This document shows positions 18,779-27,523 of a stretch of DNA of 63,131 nucleotides, in pieces. Both the position numbers and the translations under genes were made by a program. The DNA is from Patescibacteria group bacterium (GTDB lineage Bacteria > Patescibacteriota > Minisyncoccia > Phycocordibacterales > WO2-35-19). Every line of letters starts with the position of its first letter. The stretch's first letter is position 1. The stretch lies in NCBI GenBank assembly GCA_038064735.1, contig JBBTSI010000010.1:1-63131 (forward strand). Direction: 5' to 3'. The notes beneath the pieces were generated by a model. It worked only from the letters and a program-made list of their open reading frames with translations. It was not told the DNA's origin and did not search any database.

Positions 18779-20092
18779 TTAAAAATTAAATTCTTCTGAA
18801 TGAATTTTATTATTATTGAAACCAAGCTTTATAAATTGATCTCTCAAACTCTTCATAAAATCAGCCGGTCCACACAAAAAGATGTCTGCTTCCAAAATAT
18901 CTCCGCTTTTATTGAATACATATTCGGCTGAAATGTAACCTTCTTTGTCAGAAAAATGTTGATGAAATCTGAAGTTGTTGTTTTTGGCTGAGATTTGGCT
19001 CAATTCATCCTTGAATGCTGTTTCATTTTCATTTTTGACGGAATAAAATAAATCCACTTTATATTGGTTCATCTCGTTGCCACCAGTACCAATTTGTCTG
19101 GCCATACTAAGAAATGGCGTGATGCCTATGCCTCCAGCAATCCAGATTTGCTTTTTTGATTTTGCTTTCACGAAAGAGAAGACGCCAAAAGGACCCTCAA
19201 TCTTGCAAATCACCCCCGGCTTCGACAAATAAACCATTGAAGTATAGTCTCCCAACGTTTTTATACCCAAAGATAAATCCCCGTTACCCGGATGAGAAGT
19301 GATGGAAAACGGATGAGATTCGGAAAGTATTCCATCAATCTCCATTCTCAAAAAAACAAATTGGCCAGCTAAAAATTTTATTTTTTCCGATAAAGGAATC
19401 AGGGTTAGCTCCACTACACTATCATTTATTTTTACCACTTTTTCCAATTTATATTTATATTCTTTCTTTTTATAAATTTTCAAAACTGTCCCGTAAAAAT
19501 AAGAAATGACGCCAAGACCGGAAAGGCCGATCATATAATATTTCAAAAGAACATTATTGGAAATATCACTGGTAACAAAAACCATATGGAAAATACCGAG
19601 AACCAAAACAATACCTAAAAATTTGTGGGTATTTTTCCAATTTTGATATTTAAGTTTCCAATAAAAAGTAAAAACCATAAGTAGAATAAAAATAGTCAGA
19701 GCAATTTTGCCAAGATCAACATAAAGACTGTTAGGCAAAATAAACGCAAAAGCTGCAGCTAAAGAAATAAAAAGATACTGAATAATTAAAAATACAGGGT
19801 GAAAAAGCAAAAGACAAAAAGAAAATATTCCTATGAGATGATGTTTGACATAAACTCTATTTAACCCGTTAAATACTTTGTCTAAAAATTTAAAACGTGC
19901 TGACAAAATAAAATTCACGGAAAATAAAGCCATACCAAAAAGCCCTGTTATTTGGCCCAAACTGCGAAAAATATCCCCGGAAGAAACAAACCTACCAGAG
20001 AGTGGCTTTATGAAAAGCCAGATAACAATAGGTAAAATGGCCAAAAACCAAGCCAAAAAATAACCTAAATTATTTTTTAAAAATTTAAACAT
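18779..20092 (-). CDS. ferric-reductase/NADPH-oxidase-like flavocytochrome (FRD transmembrane domain + FAD/NAD(P)H domain)
   Basis: Two His pairs spaced 13 residues apart in TM helices (HLIGIFSFCLLLFH; HKFLGIVLVLGIFH), FAD motif HPFSITS, NAD(P)H motif GGIGITPF, C-terminal LCGP. Confidence 0.75.
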   Translation of the reverse strand: MFKFLKNNLGYFLAWFLAILPIVIWLFIKPLSGRFVSSGDIFRSLGQITGLFGMALFSVNFILSARFKFLDKVFNGLNRVYVKHHLIGIFSFCLLLFHPVFLIIQYLFISLAAAFAFILPNSLYVDLGKIALTIFILLMVFTFYWKLKYQNWKNTHKFLGIVLVLGIFHMVFVTSDISNNVLLKYYMIGLSGLGVISYFYGTVLKIYKKKEYKYKLEKVVKINDSVVELTLIPLSEKIKFLAGQFVFLRMEIDGILSESHPFSITSHPGNGDLSLGIKTLGDYTSMVYLSKPGVICKIEGPFGVFSFVKAKSKKQIWIAGGIGITPFLSMARQIGTGGNEMNQYKVDLFYSVKNENETAFKDELSQISAKNNNFRFHQHFSDKEGYISAEYVFNKSGDILEADIFLCGPADFMKSLRDQFIKLGFNNNKIHSEEFNF

Positions 20093-20114
20093 TAGTTAAT
20101 TATAACAGAAACTG

Positions 20115-20187
20115 AGCCGTTGAGCAGGATTGAACTGCTGACCTCGTCATTACCAATGACGTGCTCTACCAACTGAGCTACAACGGC
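20115..20187 (-). tRNA. tRNA-Thr (anticodon GGU), no encoded CCA
   Basis: Manual fold: GCCGTTG-TA-GCTC-AGTTGGTA-GAGC-A-CGTCA-TTGGTAA-TGACG-AGGTC-AGCAG-TTCAATC-CTGCT-CAACGGC-T. Confidence 0.88.
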
Positions 20188-20251
20188 GAACGAGGAACAC
20201 TAAAAATATTATTACATCGAAGCTATTTTTGCAATCTGAGAAAAAATCAGA

Positions 20252-21199
20252 TTATTTAATCTTGCATACCTTATTCAATTCAGCCAAATCTTCAGCTGTT
20301 GGAGTTGGAGAAGTCTCAGCGTTAACTCCGGTAAGAAAATACATTATCGATTTTGGATTTTCTACATGATCCATGCCCAAAGCGTGGCCGAGCTCATGAG
20401 TAAGAGCTAATACTAAATCTTCTTTATTACCAAATTGATAAACATTTATTTCCCCCGCTTGATCAAGTGAGTTGCCAGATTTATATTCAGCCTGATTAAA
20501 TTCCAATCCCCCATTATATTTAGAATTGTAAGCTTTCGCGACTCTGTTATACTCAGCGGCTTTAGTATTACGCTCTGCCAAAAGAGCATTCAGTTCTTTT
20601 GTTAATGTATTTATTGAGGAGGCTTCGTTATTCAAATTTTGAGCTTCAGAATTAAGATACTGCCTTTCCGCTTCCAAAGACTGGAACGTACTTTTAGACG
20701 CATAAGTGTCCGCTGACGCTCCCTTACCTTTTCTGTTCCAACTGGCAACTTCGGCATCATAAGCTGACTTCCTGCTTTTATAAATAGCCAAAGCTGACTC
20801 ATATGAAGAAACTTTTTGATTATATTGATTTTTAAAACGATTAAACTCCGAATCTAATTTTTTGAAAATATCTTCTACTGCCGAAAGACCCGATTCGGTT
20901 TTTTGCTTTTGCATAGTTTCCAATTGTCTTTCATCGTAAATCAAATTTATTTTGAAACTAGCGTTTGGATTATAAATAAATTGTTTTTTGTGCAAAACTT
21001 TTTCCCACACTGAACCAGATTGGATAATGTAAGATTTGAAATCTTCTTTCGATAATCCAAACTGAGTATCAAATCGGCCAATGCTGTATTCTAATTTTTT
21101 ATCACATGGACTCCTAGTACCTTGATACAAAAAGTAAGCCGATGCAATGATAAGCCCAATCAAAAAAACAGTAGAAACAAATTGCCTAAACTTTTTCAT
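20252..21199 (-). CDS. matrixin-like (metzincin) zinc metalloprotease with coiled-coil region
   Basis: C-terminal HELGHALGMDH (HExxHxxGxxH); N-terminal TM/signal. Confidence 0.75.
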   Translation of the reverse strand: MKKFRQFVSTVFLIGLIIASAYFLYQGTRSPCDKKLEYSIGRFDTQFGLSKEDFKSYIIQSGSVWEKVLHKKQFIYNPNASFKINLIYDERQLETMQKQKTESGLSAVEDIFKKLDSEFNRFKNQYNQKVSSYESALAIYKSRKSAYDAEVASWNRKGKGASADTYASKSTFQSLEAERQYLNSEAQNLNNEASSINTLTKELNALLAERNTKAAEYNRVAKAYNSKYNGGLEFNQAEYKSGNSLDQAGEINVYQFGNKEDLVLALTHELGHALGMDHVENPKSIMYFLTGVNAETSPTPTAEDLAELNKVCKIK

Positions 21200-21228
21200 A
21201 ATGTATAATAAATGTATAATTATAGTAT

Positions 21229-21675
21229 ATGATTTTTAGAAAAATTTACAGTTTAAGTGACAGATTTGAAGATAAAACGCGTGTTAAGCTTAGTCATTAT
21301 CCAATTATTTATGCTTTTATTGGTGGTACAGGTGTGATTATTTTTTGGCGTGGTATTTGGCATACTGCAGATTATCTCATGTCATTTTTTGCAATAGTCG
21401 ATAATGTTACTAGTGCTAGCAGTTCTCAATTACCTTGGTGGGATGGCCCATTATCTATTGCTGTTGGTGCTACACTTTTACTTATGGTGGGTTTATTTGT
21501 TACGAGTTTTATTGGAAATGAAATTATTCTTTCTGGTTTAAGACAAGAAAAAAAGATAGCAGAAAAAACTGAAGAAGAAGTAAAAAATGAGTTGTCAGAA
21601 GACCACAAAATAGAACAAAAAATTCACGAGATAGACGAAAGAACAAAACGAATCGAAGACATTTTAAAAAAATAG
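21229..21675 (+). CDS. hypothetical membrane protein
   Basis: 148 aa, three hydrophobic helices and a charged C-terminal tail. Confidence 0.45.
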   Translation: MIFRKIYSLSDRFEDKTRVKLSHYPIIYAFIGGTGVIIFWRGIWHTADYLMSFFAIVDNVTSASSSQLPWWDGPLSIAVGATLLLMVGLFVTSFIGNEIILSGLRQEKKIAEKTEEEVKNELSEDHKIEQKIHEIDERTKRIEDILKK

Positions 21676-21705
21676 AAGTACTCCTGTGGTGCGATGTTAG
21701 AACTG
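21670..21705. repeat. 36-bp repeat unit Ua (AAATAGAAGTACTC.TGT...CGATGTTAGAACTG), copy 1
   Basis: 32 of 36 positions identical to 23826-23861; contains the GATGTTAGAAC core shared with 24729 and 25124. Confidence 0.7.
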
Positions 21706-21803
21706 CTATTAAACGCCATAATGACTATATTTATAAACCAGATTTAAGGTCTTATATAGATTTTGAGTTAAAAAATTAAAATAACCTGTGTTAGAATTAA
21801 AAG

Positions 21804-23771
21804 ATGAATTATCGGTTTTTATTTTTTTGGATGAGTTTGTTTTTTTTGGCTTTTTTTAACAGAGTCTCTGCTATTACTGTATCAAACATAGACATAAATC
21901 CTGATTTGGATATTTCACTATTTTCTTCCTACACTATTACCGCTGATGTGGCTGATTATAATGTGAATGAGCCAGTTAGTTTAACTTTAAAAGGAGTAAA
22001 CGGGGATGGAAATGATTGCTGGCAATATTATGTAGACGGCACTTGTGCTTCAAGTATTCTTACTTTCAATATGACTTTTGATTCGGGTATTACTTGGAAA
22101 AAGACTTTCATACGCCCGGATTATATTTACCCTCAAATATTTTTTGCTCCTTCCGTAACTTCTTGGAATAATAGCCCATCCAATATAGATATCAGAAGAA
22201 ATCAATATCATTTATTACATTTTACCAATCTATTTACTATGGTTGATAATATGAGTTTTTGGATAGAGCTGAATACTACTCCGTTATCTGTGGTTAATTC
22301 TGCAGATTTACTTGTATATTTAGTAAATAAAGGTCATAATTCAAATTTTTTTAATTCTGATTGGCGCAATAGCGCAAATGTAGAGTTGGTCGGATCAATA
22401 AATCGCTCCACCGGTTTAGACCATATCCACAATTCTAATTCAGGACATTATTTAATTACTTTAGCTACAAATAGTGATGGAACAATCGGTAGTAAAAATT
22501 TAGATATAAATGATGATTTCTGGATCATTTTATACGCCAACTCCCCTAATACTAATAGAGGTTGGCACCTAAAATATCACGAATCAACTCTTTGTAATAA
22601 TTCTAATGGATGGTTTTTGGGAAATCAGATTGGTTGGGCCACTACTCCCAAATCAGGATGTCCTGATATTCATACTCATATGGCAAGAAGGTCAGAAAAA
22701 GCAGACGGACTTATAGCGACCACTACTGCGGGCTCTGTATCCAGTGCTCAAATTTTTTCTTTTGGAATTTTACCCAATTTGCCACCAAACCAAAGTTCTT
22801 TTATAACACCGACAATAGGAGGCACCTATGCTGGAAACCTACTTGTAAATTGGGCAACTTCAACCGATGCTAATATTGCCGATTCTATAACTTACGACCT
22901 TTACTTGGTCGATTCTAATGGCAATGATATTTTACCCATCCTTACTGCTTCAACTACTTTGACAACATACACTCTTGATACAACTGGTTTGAGTAATGGC
23001 AATTATAGTTTAAGAGGGTTAACTCATGACGGAGTAAACGCTGGAGTGGCCTTCAATTTGGTTGGTAACTTTACAATTGATAATACTAGCCCTATTCAGA
23101 CTTTAACCAATATAAATACCTCATCTGATAATTCAAATAACTCTGTTGGGAATACTGGAGATACCGTTACTATTTCATTTACATCTAGTGGATCTATTAA
23201 TACTCCAACTGTTTCTATTTATTCTGGGGGTATGGAGGTAGCAAACACTGTAACTGTTACAAATATCGGTAGTAACAGCTGGTCAGCTTCTTATATGGTC
23301 AGTAGTTCAGACACAGAAGGAGCTTTGACTTTCAGTATAAATTCAACCAGTTTAGATAGAGAATATTTTGAAACTACCGATGGTTCAACTGTCCTGATAG
23401 ACATAACTACCGCCAGTGCCCCTGTTCATACTCCGGGGAGTAATTTTATCCGCCGTCTATTAAATTTAAAATCAATTTTTGGTTCAAATATAGAAAAGAT
23501 TCAATCTATAACTTCAGTTAACAAAAAATATTTATTTGAAAAAAACTTAAAAATAAGAATCGTTCATAATGATGTAAAAGAGCTTCAAAGGTTTTTAAAC
23601 TCCCAAGGTTTTGTCCTTACTATTTCCGGCCTAGGTTCACCGGGTCAAGAGACCAATTTTTTCGGCGGATTGACTAGGAAAGCCTTGATTGAATTTCAAA
23701 AGAAAAACAATATCAAACCGTCTGTAGGATTTTTCGGTCCAATTACCAGACAATTTGTAAACTCACAATAA
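21804..23771 (+). CDS. large secreted protein with C-terminal peptidoglycan-binding domain
   Basis: 655 aa; signal/TM at the N-terminus; C-terminal VKELQRFLN...GLTRKALIEFQKKNNI resembles PG_binding_1. Confidence 0.6.
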   Translation: MNYRFLFFWMSLFFLAFFNRVSAITVSNIDINPDLDISLFSSYTITADVADYNVNEPVSLTLKGVNGDGNDCWQYYVDGTCASSILTFNMTFDSGITWKKTFIRPDYIYPQIFFAPSVTSWNNSPSNIDIRRNQYHLLHFTNLFTMVDNMSFWIELNTTPLSVVNSADLLVYLVNKGHNSNFFNSDWRNSANVELVGSINRSTGLDHIHNSNSGHYLITLATNSDGTIGSKNLDINDDFWIILYANSPNTNRGWHLKYHESTLCNNSNGWFLGNQIGWATTPKSGCPDIHTHMARRSEKADGLIATTTAGSVSSAQIFSFGILPNLPPNQSSFITPTIGGTYAGNLLVNWATSTDANIADSITYDLYLVDSNGNDILPILTASTTLTTYTLDTTGLSNGNYSLRGLTHDGVNAGVAFNLVGNFTIDNTSPIQTLTNINTSSDNSNNSVGNTGDTVTISFTSSGSINTPTVSIYSGGMEVANTVTVTNIGSNSWSASYMVSSSDTEGALTFSINSTSLDREYFETTDGSTVLIDITTASAPVHTPGSNFIRRLLNLKSIFGSNIEKIQSITSVNKKYLFEKNLKIRIVHNDVKELQRFLNSQGFVLTISGLGSPGQETNFFGGLTRKALIEFQKKNNIKPSVGFFGPITRQFVNSQ

Positions 23772-23825
23772 TTTTGCGCGGGCTAGTGGAAGACTTATTT
23801 TACTTACGAATATAATAAGTTAGAA

Positions 23826-23861
23826 AAATAGAAGTACTCTTGTAGGACGATGTTAGAACTG
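23826..23861. repeat. 36-bp repeat unit Ua, copy 2
   Basis: See 21670-21705. Confidence 0.7.
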
Positions 23862-23864
23862 AGA

Positions 23865-24641
23865 TTATTCGTTCAAGATTTTAAAGCTATCCATGATTTG
23901 ATTGAAAATGGTTGCACATTCTTCCCTGCCTTTAATACCTACAAAATCATCTCCTTCACAAAGTAAATCGAATGAAAAAAGATTTATATTCTCTCCACAA
24001 TCAAAATACAATTCAGAATAACCCTTGACAGTTTTAGGTTCAGAAACTTTTTGATTTTCATCTACACAAGCTACCATCCTCAGGGCATGTATCTTACCAA
24101 ATGTTCTACAGTCTTGGTCTTCAGGTTCAGAAGATATTTCTGATACAAGTTTTGTTCCCAAATAAGAAATCTCCTTGTCGTTCATACAACTAGCAAATGG
24201 GGGTGAAAATCTTGGGGACATTTCCCCCTTCATGTTGGTCATTATTATAAGTTCTAAATTACGATTCGTACTAGAAGCTTGAGCAATAAATGTTGCATTC
24301 TTTGACCTTTCAGATTTATCACGACTTTCTACAAACCCAGCCGACCATTCGTCAGTACCGGGGAATGTTAGCTGGTATGAAGGTATTGAATAATAGATAT
24401 CCATTGTCCTGCCAATATTTTTTTCTACTTTATCATTAATAACAATGGGTGCAGAAGTCGAGACAGATTGATTTTTACTTTCAACAGAAATAAGAATCTG
24501 TTTACTTTGATACCATAAATACCCAGCAACCAAAACACCAATCAAAATCGCGACTGAAACAAGAACAATTAGAAGAGTACTCTTTTTAGGAGATTCTTGA
24601 ATAACAGGTGAAATTGGGGGTTGTACTAAATTTTCATCCAT
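23865..24641 (-). CDS. membrane-anchored protein, paralogue family MDENL...
   Basis: 258 aa. The N-terminus MDENLVQPPISPVIQE plus TM helix parallels the 25153 gene. Confidence 0.55.
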   Translation of the reverse strand: MDENLVQPPISPVIQESPKKSTLLIVLVSVAILIGVLVAGYLWYQSKQILISVESKNQSVSTSAPIVINDKVEKNIGRTMDIYYSIPSYQLTFPGTDEWSAGFVESRDKSERSKNATFIAQASSTNRNLELIIMTNMKGEMSPRFSPPFASCMNDKEISYLGTKLVSEISSEPEDQDCRTFGKIHALRMVACVDENQKVSEPKTVKGYSELYFDCGENINLFSFDLLCEGDDFVGIKGREECATIFNQIMDSFKILNE

Positions 24642-24650
24642 ATCAAAATC

Positions 24651-24739
24651 ATACCACGGTTAGAACCAAAAAATCGCTGTGGTTAAGCGATTTAGTGGAT
24701 AAAATTTCATCAGCGCAACCTAGTGGACGATGTTAGAAC
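24651..24739 (-). repeat. about 89-bp intergenic repeat Uc, copy 1 (includes a minus-strand terminator hairpin)
   Basis: ATACCA.GGTTAGAACCAAAAAATCGCTGTGGTTAAGCGATTTAGTGGATAAAA...GCGC..CTAGTGGACGATGTTAGAA; about 90 percent identical to 25047-25134. Hairpin AAATCGCT/AGCGATTT is followed by TTTTGG on the minus strand. Confidence 0.75.
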
Positions 24740-25001
24740 TAGAATTTTCTTCTTTAGGACTAAAGATAGTTTTATAAAATAACCCTATTAATAATCCTAA
24801 AAGACCAAAAACAAAAACAAGAAATAATAATGGAAAAAAAATAAATGATGTATAATTTACTCCAAAAAAATTTATTATACTATCACTAATTGGAGTTTCT
24901 GGACCTCCGACATTTAATAAAAAATCGTAATCATATAACCAAACAAAAGCACCTACGATTCCACCCCACATCCCACATTTCCATAAAAATTTTTTGAGCA
25001 T
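24720..25001 (-). CDS. small membrane protein, unknown function
   Basis: 93 aa with two TM helices; the last about 8 codons run into repeat Uc. Confidence 0.4.
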   Translation of the reverse strand: MLKKFLWKCGMWGGIVGAFVWLYDYDFLLNVGGPETPISDSIINFFGVNYTSFIFFPLLFLVFVFGLLGLLIGLFYKTIFSPKEENSSSNIVH

Positions 25002-25046
25002 GATATTAAATTATTTTTCTAACATTGAGAATCTCATACCAAAATT

Positions 25047-25134
25047 ATACCAAGTTAGAACCAAAAAATCGCTGTGGTTAAGCGATTTAGTGGATAAAAC
25101 TTAATCTGCGCGGACTAGTGGACGATGTTAGAAA
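25047..25134 (-). repeat. about 88-bp intergenic repeat Uc, copy 2
   Basis: See 24651-24739. Confidence 0.75.
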
Positions 25135-25152
25135 TGAAATAATAAAAAATTA

Positions 25153-25965
25153 TTAAAGACTTTTTATTGATTTTATAAGAGCATCAATATCATCCTTGGA
25201 TATATTTTGATTTGCTGGAAACATAAACGTGTACCTCCAACCATTTTGATTCCAAAAATCTAATGAACTTGGAATATCAGCGTTTGTTTTTATGTACACA
25301 AATCCTTTCCCATTTTGGTTTGTAAACTGATATACAGTGTCTTGAGAAGAAGGAATGAGTAATGTATTTTTAATTACAAGAACTTTTGCATACCCGTCTT
25401 TATCTTGTTGTGTTGTAGCTTCATCCACCGTTTGTTGAGTGGTTTCCTCTAAAAATTTCAGATATTCATAGCTAGAATAATTTGAACCAATTTTGGAATC
25501 TATGAATTGAAAAAGTGAATCGTATTGTTTTTGTTCATCTGCAGAAAGATTCATTTGTTTTAGTTCATCTTGAGGATTAATTTTGTTTAAAGTTACGGTC
25601 ATTTTTATGCCATTAGTAAAAACATATTGACCCAAACTATCGGCATTACCTTTAAAACTTTTCTCTAAACCCCAAGGGGACTTCAAACTAATGGAATTAT
25701 GAGATAATTTAACATCTGTTAAAGTTTTTGGATAAGTGATGCTAAAAACATATTCCGGTATTATATTTTTTAGAACATTGGGCAAACTCGTATTCTGACT
25801 CTGAATATTTTCTGAAGAAACGCTTGAATTTTTATTGAGAAAAAAATATCCAGCCACAGTAATAATGACGAGTATTAATGTTGAAAGAAGAACAATAATC
25901 AAAAGATTGTTCCCCTTCGGTTCTTGAAGAACAGGTGGAGTTATTGGTGTTAAATTTTCATCCAT
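25153..25965 (-). CDS. membrane-anchored protein, paralogue family MDENL...
   Basis: 270 aa; N-terminus MDENLTPITPPVLQE plus TM helix. Confidence 0.55.
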   Translation of the reverse strand: MDENLTPITPPVLQEPKGNNLLIIVLLSTLILVIITVAGYFFLNKNSSVSSENIQSQNTSLPNVLKNIIPEYVFSITYPKTLTDVKLSHNSISLKSPWGLEKSFKGNADSLGQYVFTNGIKMTVTLNKINPQDELKQMNLSADEQKQYDSLFQFIDSKIGSNYSSYEYLKFLEETTQQTVDEATTQQDKDGYAKVLVIKNTLLIPSSQDTVYQFTNQNGKGFVYIKTNADIPSSLDFWNQNGWRYTFMFPANQNISKDDIDALIKSIKSL

Positions 25966-26026
25966 ATTTTTATATTATTTATAATAATAAAAATTATACC
26001 ACAATTCTAAAATCCCATCAGTATAC

Positions 26027-26058
26027 GAAAATAGAGCTATATTATTAGCTCTATTTTC
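26027..26058 (-). terminator. hairpin terminator downstream of tRNA-Asp
   Basis: GAAAATAGAGCT-atattatt-AGCTCTATTTTC; a T-run follows on the minus strand. Confidence 0.5.
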
Positions 26059-26063
26059 CAATG

Positions 26064-26137
26064 CGCGGACGATGGGATTTGAACCCACGACCTCTCCCGT
26101 GACAGGGGAGCGCTCTAACCAGCTGAGCTACGACCGC
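26064..26137 (-). tRNA. tRNA-Asp (anticodon GUC), no encoded CCA
   Basis: Manual fold: GCGGTCG-TA-GCTC-AGCTGGTTA-GAGC-G-CTCCC-CTGTCAC-GGGAG-AGGTC-GTGGG-TTCAAAT-CCCAT-CGTCCGC-G; one U-U mismatch in the acceptor stem. Confidence 0.82.
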
Positions 26138-26240
26138 ATTGTTGCCTATTGCAACAGGAGAAATTTACCATATTTCTTCTAACATTTCCACTGCTTTTCT
26201 TTAATGTTACAATTAGAATATTAATTACCTAATTTTTAAA

Positions 26241-26450
26241 ATGGATCAAGAAACACAAAATAAAATGGCGGGGCTGGAGAAGAAAATAGACGATATTTAC
26301 GCTTCGGTTGAAAAAACTAGGAAGATTCTCATGTGGACAGGCATCATCACGGTGGCGGTCATCGTCTTGCCACTTATTGCTATGATGTTCGTCATCCCCT
26401 CTTTTATCAGCAATTACACCAGTACACTAGATAGTTTGAGCGGACTATAG
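26241..26450 (+). CDS. small membrane protein
   Basis: 69 aa; coiled N-terminus and one TM helix. Confidence 0.4.
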   Translation: MDQETQNKMAGLEKKIDDIYASVEKTRKILMWTGIITVAVIVLPLIAMMFVIPSFISNYTSTLDSLSGL

Positions 26451-26452
26451 AA

Positions 26453-26648
26453 GTGGCCTGCCCCGTGACGAGCAAAGCGAGTTTTTCGGGGTGTCGGCGA
26501 GTGGAATCGGTCACAAATAAATTGCTTCGCAATTTTTCGCTACCCCGACTCGGCTACCTCACTTCGTTCGGTATGCCTCCGTCTTTCGATTCCACTACAC
26601 AAAGCAAAGCAGTTTGCTTTGTCCACCTAACAAAATAATGCTTATTTT
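26453..26648. other. GC-rich structured non-coding segment carrying a 19-nt copy of the 3' end of the adjacent tRNA(CAU)
   Basis: GTGTCGGCGAGTGGAATCG occurs at 26491-26509 and 26649-26667. Hairpins: CCCCG...CGGGG (26461-26490), AGTGGAATCG/CGATTCCACT (26500-26596), ACAAAGCAAA-gcag-TTTGCTTTGT (26599-26622). Confidence 0.5.
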
Positions 26649-26649
26649 G

Positions 26650-26723
26650 TGTCGGCGAGTGGAATCGAACCACTGACCTTGGGCTTATGAGTCCCACGCT
26701 CTAACCGACTGAGCTACGCCGAC
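26650..26723 (-). tRNA. tRNA with CAU anticodon (elongator Met or Ile2), canonical arms
   Basis: Manual fold: GTCGGCG-TA-GCTC-AGTCGGTTA-GAGC-G-TGGGA-CTCATAA-GCCCA-AGGTC-AGTGG-TTCGATT-CCACT-CGCCGAC-A. The G1-C72 pair argues against an initiator. Confidence 0.82.
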
Positions 26724-26747
26724 AATACGCTCAATTTATCATATTTT

Positions 26748-27455
26748 TTATTGATTTGCTATATATTCTATAGCTCCCAAAACCTTATTTTTTAGAGACA
26801 ATCCCCTCCTAACTTTAACTCTTAAAATACCTTTGTAAGTAGTGAGATTCCTCATGTTAGCTTTTTTAAGCTTCGTTTTTATAAAAGTTGTTTTAGAAAA
26901 TTGATTTTCTTGTATATTTAAATATTTTATCCAAAAATTTTTAATTTTTTTCTCTTGATTTATAAAAACTTCATTTATAGACAAGCGAAAAATAAGGTCT
27001 TCTTTTTTTATATTATTTTGTTTTAACCACTTCAGATAAAATTTGACCATTTGAGGATTGCTGTTTGTAAAACCCATTTCATCATTACTTTCTTTATATC
27101 CTTCACCCCAATATAGACCTAGCCCAATCATTAGAACATCTCTATCAGAAAGTTTAGAAACTGTTTGTGCACCAATTTGTTTTTGATCAAAAGTATTTTT
27201 TATCCTTTGATTTCTTTTTATTTCGGAATATTTGAGCAAACCTTTTACAGATTTCTCTTGTTTATTAAATTTCATTTTTTTAATCATTGCTTCAGATAGT
27301 TTTATATCTCGACACCAAAAACTAATAGTAGAAAAACTGATACCTAGTTTTTTGGCAATATCTCTTACGGTACCACCTTTAATACGCAATTTTTTAGCTT
27401 CTCTTTTTATATCTATATTGTGCACAAGGTTATTATAACATAATAGACTGTGCAA
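26748..27455 (-). CDS. HTH + LAGLIDADG-like homing endonuclease (free-standing)
   Basis: N-terminal HTH (GGTVRDIAKKLGISFSTISFW), then LMIGLGLYWGEGYK (LAGLIDADG-type motif) and FTNSNPQMVKFYLKWL. Start codon uncertain: TTG at 27455 or a GTG nearby. Confidence 0.55.
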   Translation of the reverse strand: MHSLLCYNNLVHNIDIKREAKKLRIKGGTVRDIAKKLGISFSTISFWCRDIKLSEAMIKKMKFNKQEKSVKGLLKYSEIKRNQRIKNTFDQKQIGAQTVSKLSDRDVLMIGLGLYWGEGYKESNDEMGFTNSNPQMVKFYLKWLKQNNIKKEDLIFRLSINEVFINQEKKIKNFWIKYLNIQENQFSKTTFIKTKLKKANMRNLTTYKGILRVKVRRGLSLKNKVLGAIEYIANQ

Positions 27456-27523
27456 TAATATTAATAACTGTTTATAACTTGATACATTGCAATAATTTAA
27501 GTATTTAGTTACAATAACTTTAT

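Noticed and set aside
26453-26638. 61-aa plus-strand ORF downstream of the 69-aa gene
   Set aside because: It lies entirely in the GC-rich hairpin-dense segment that contains a copy of the tRNA 3' end. The translation is unremarkable, and the ORF is more likely a by-product of structured non-coding DNA.
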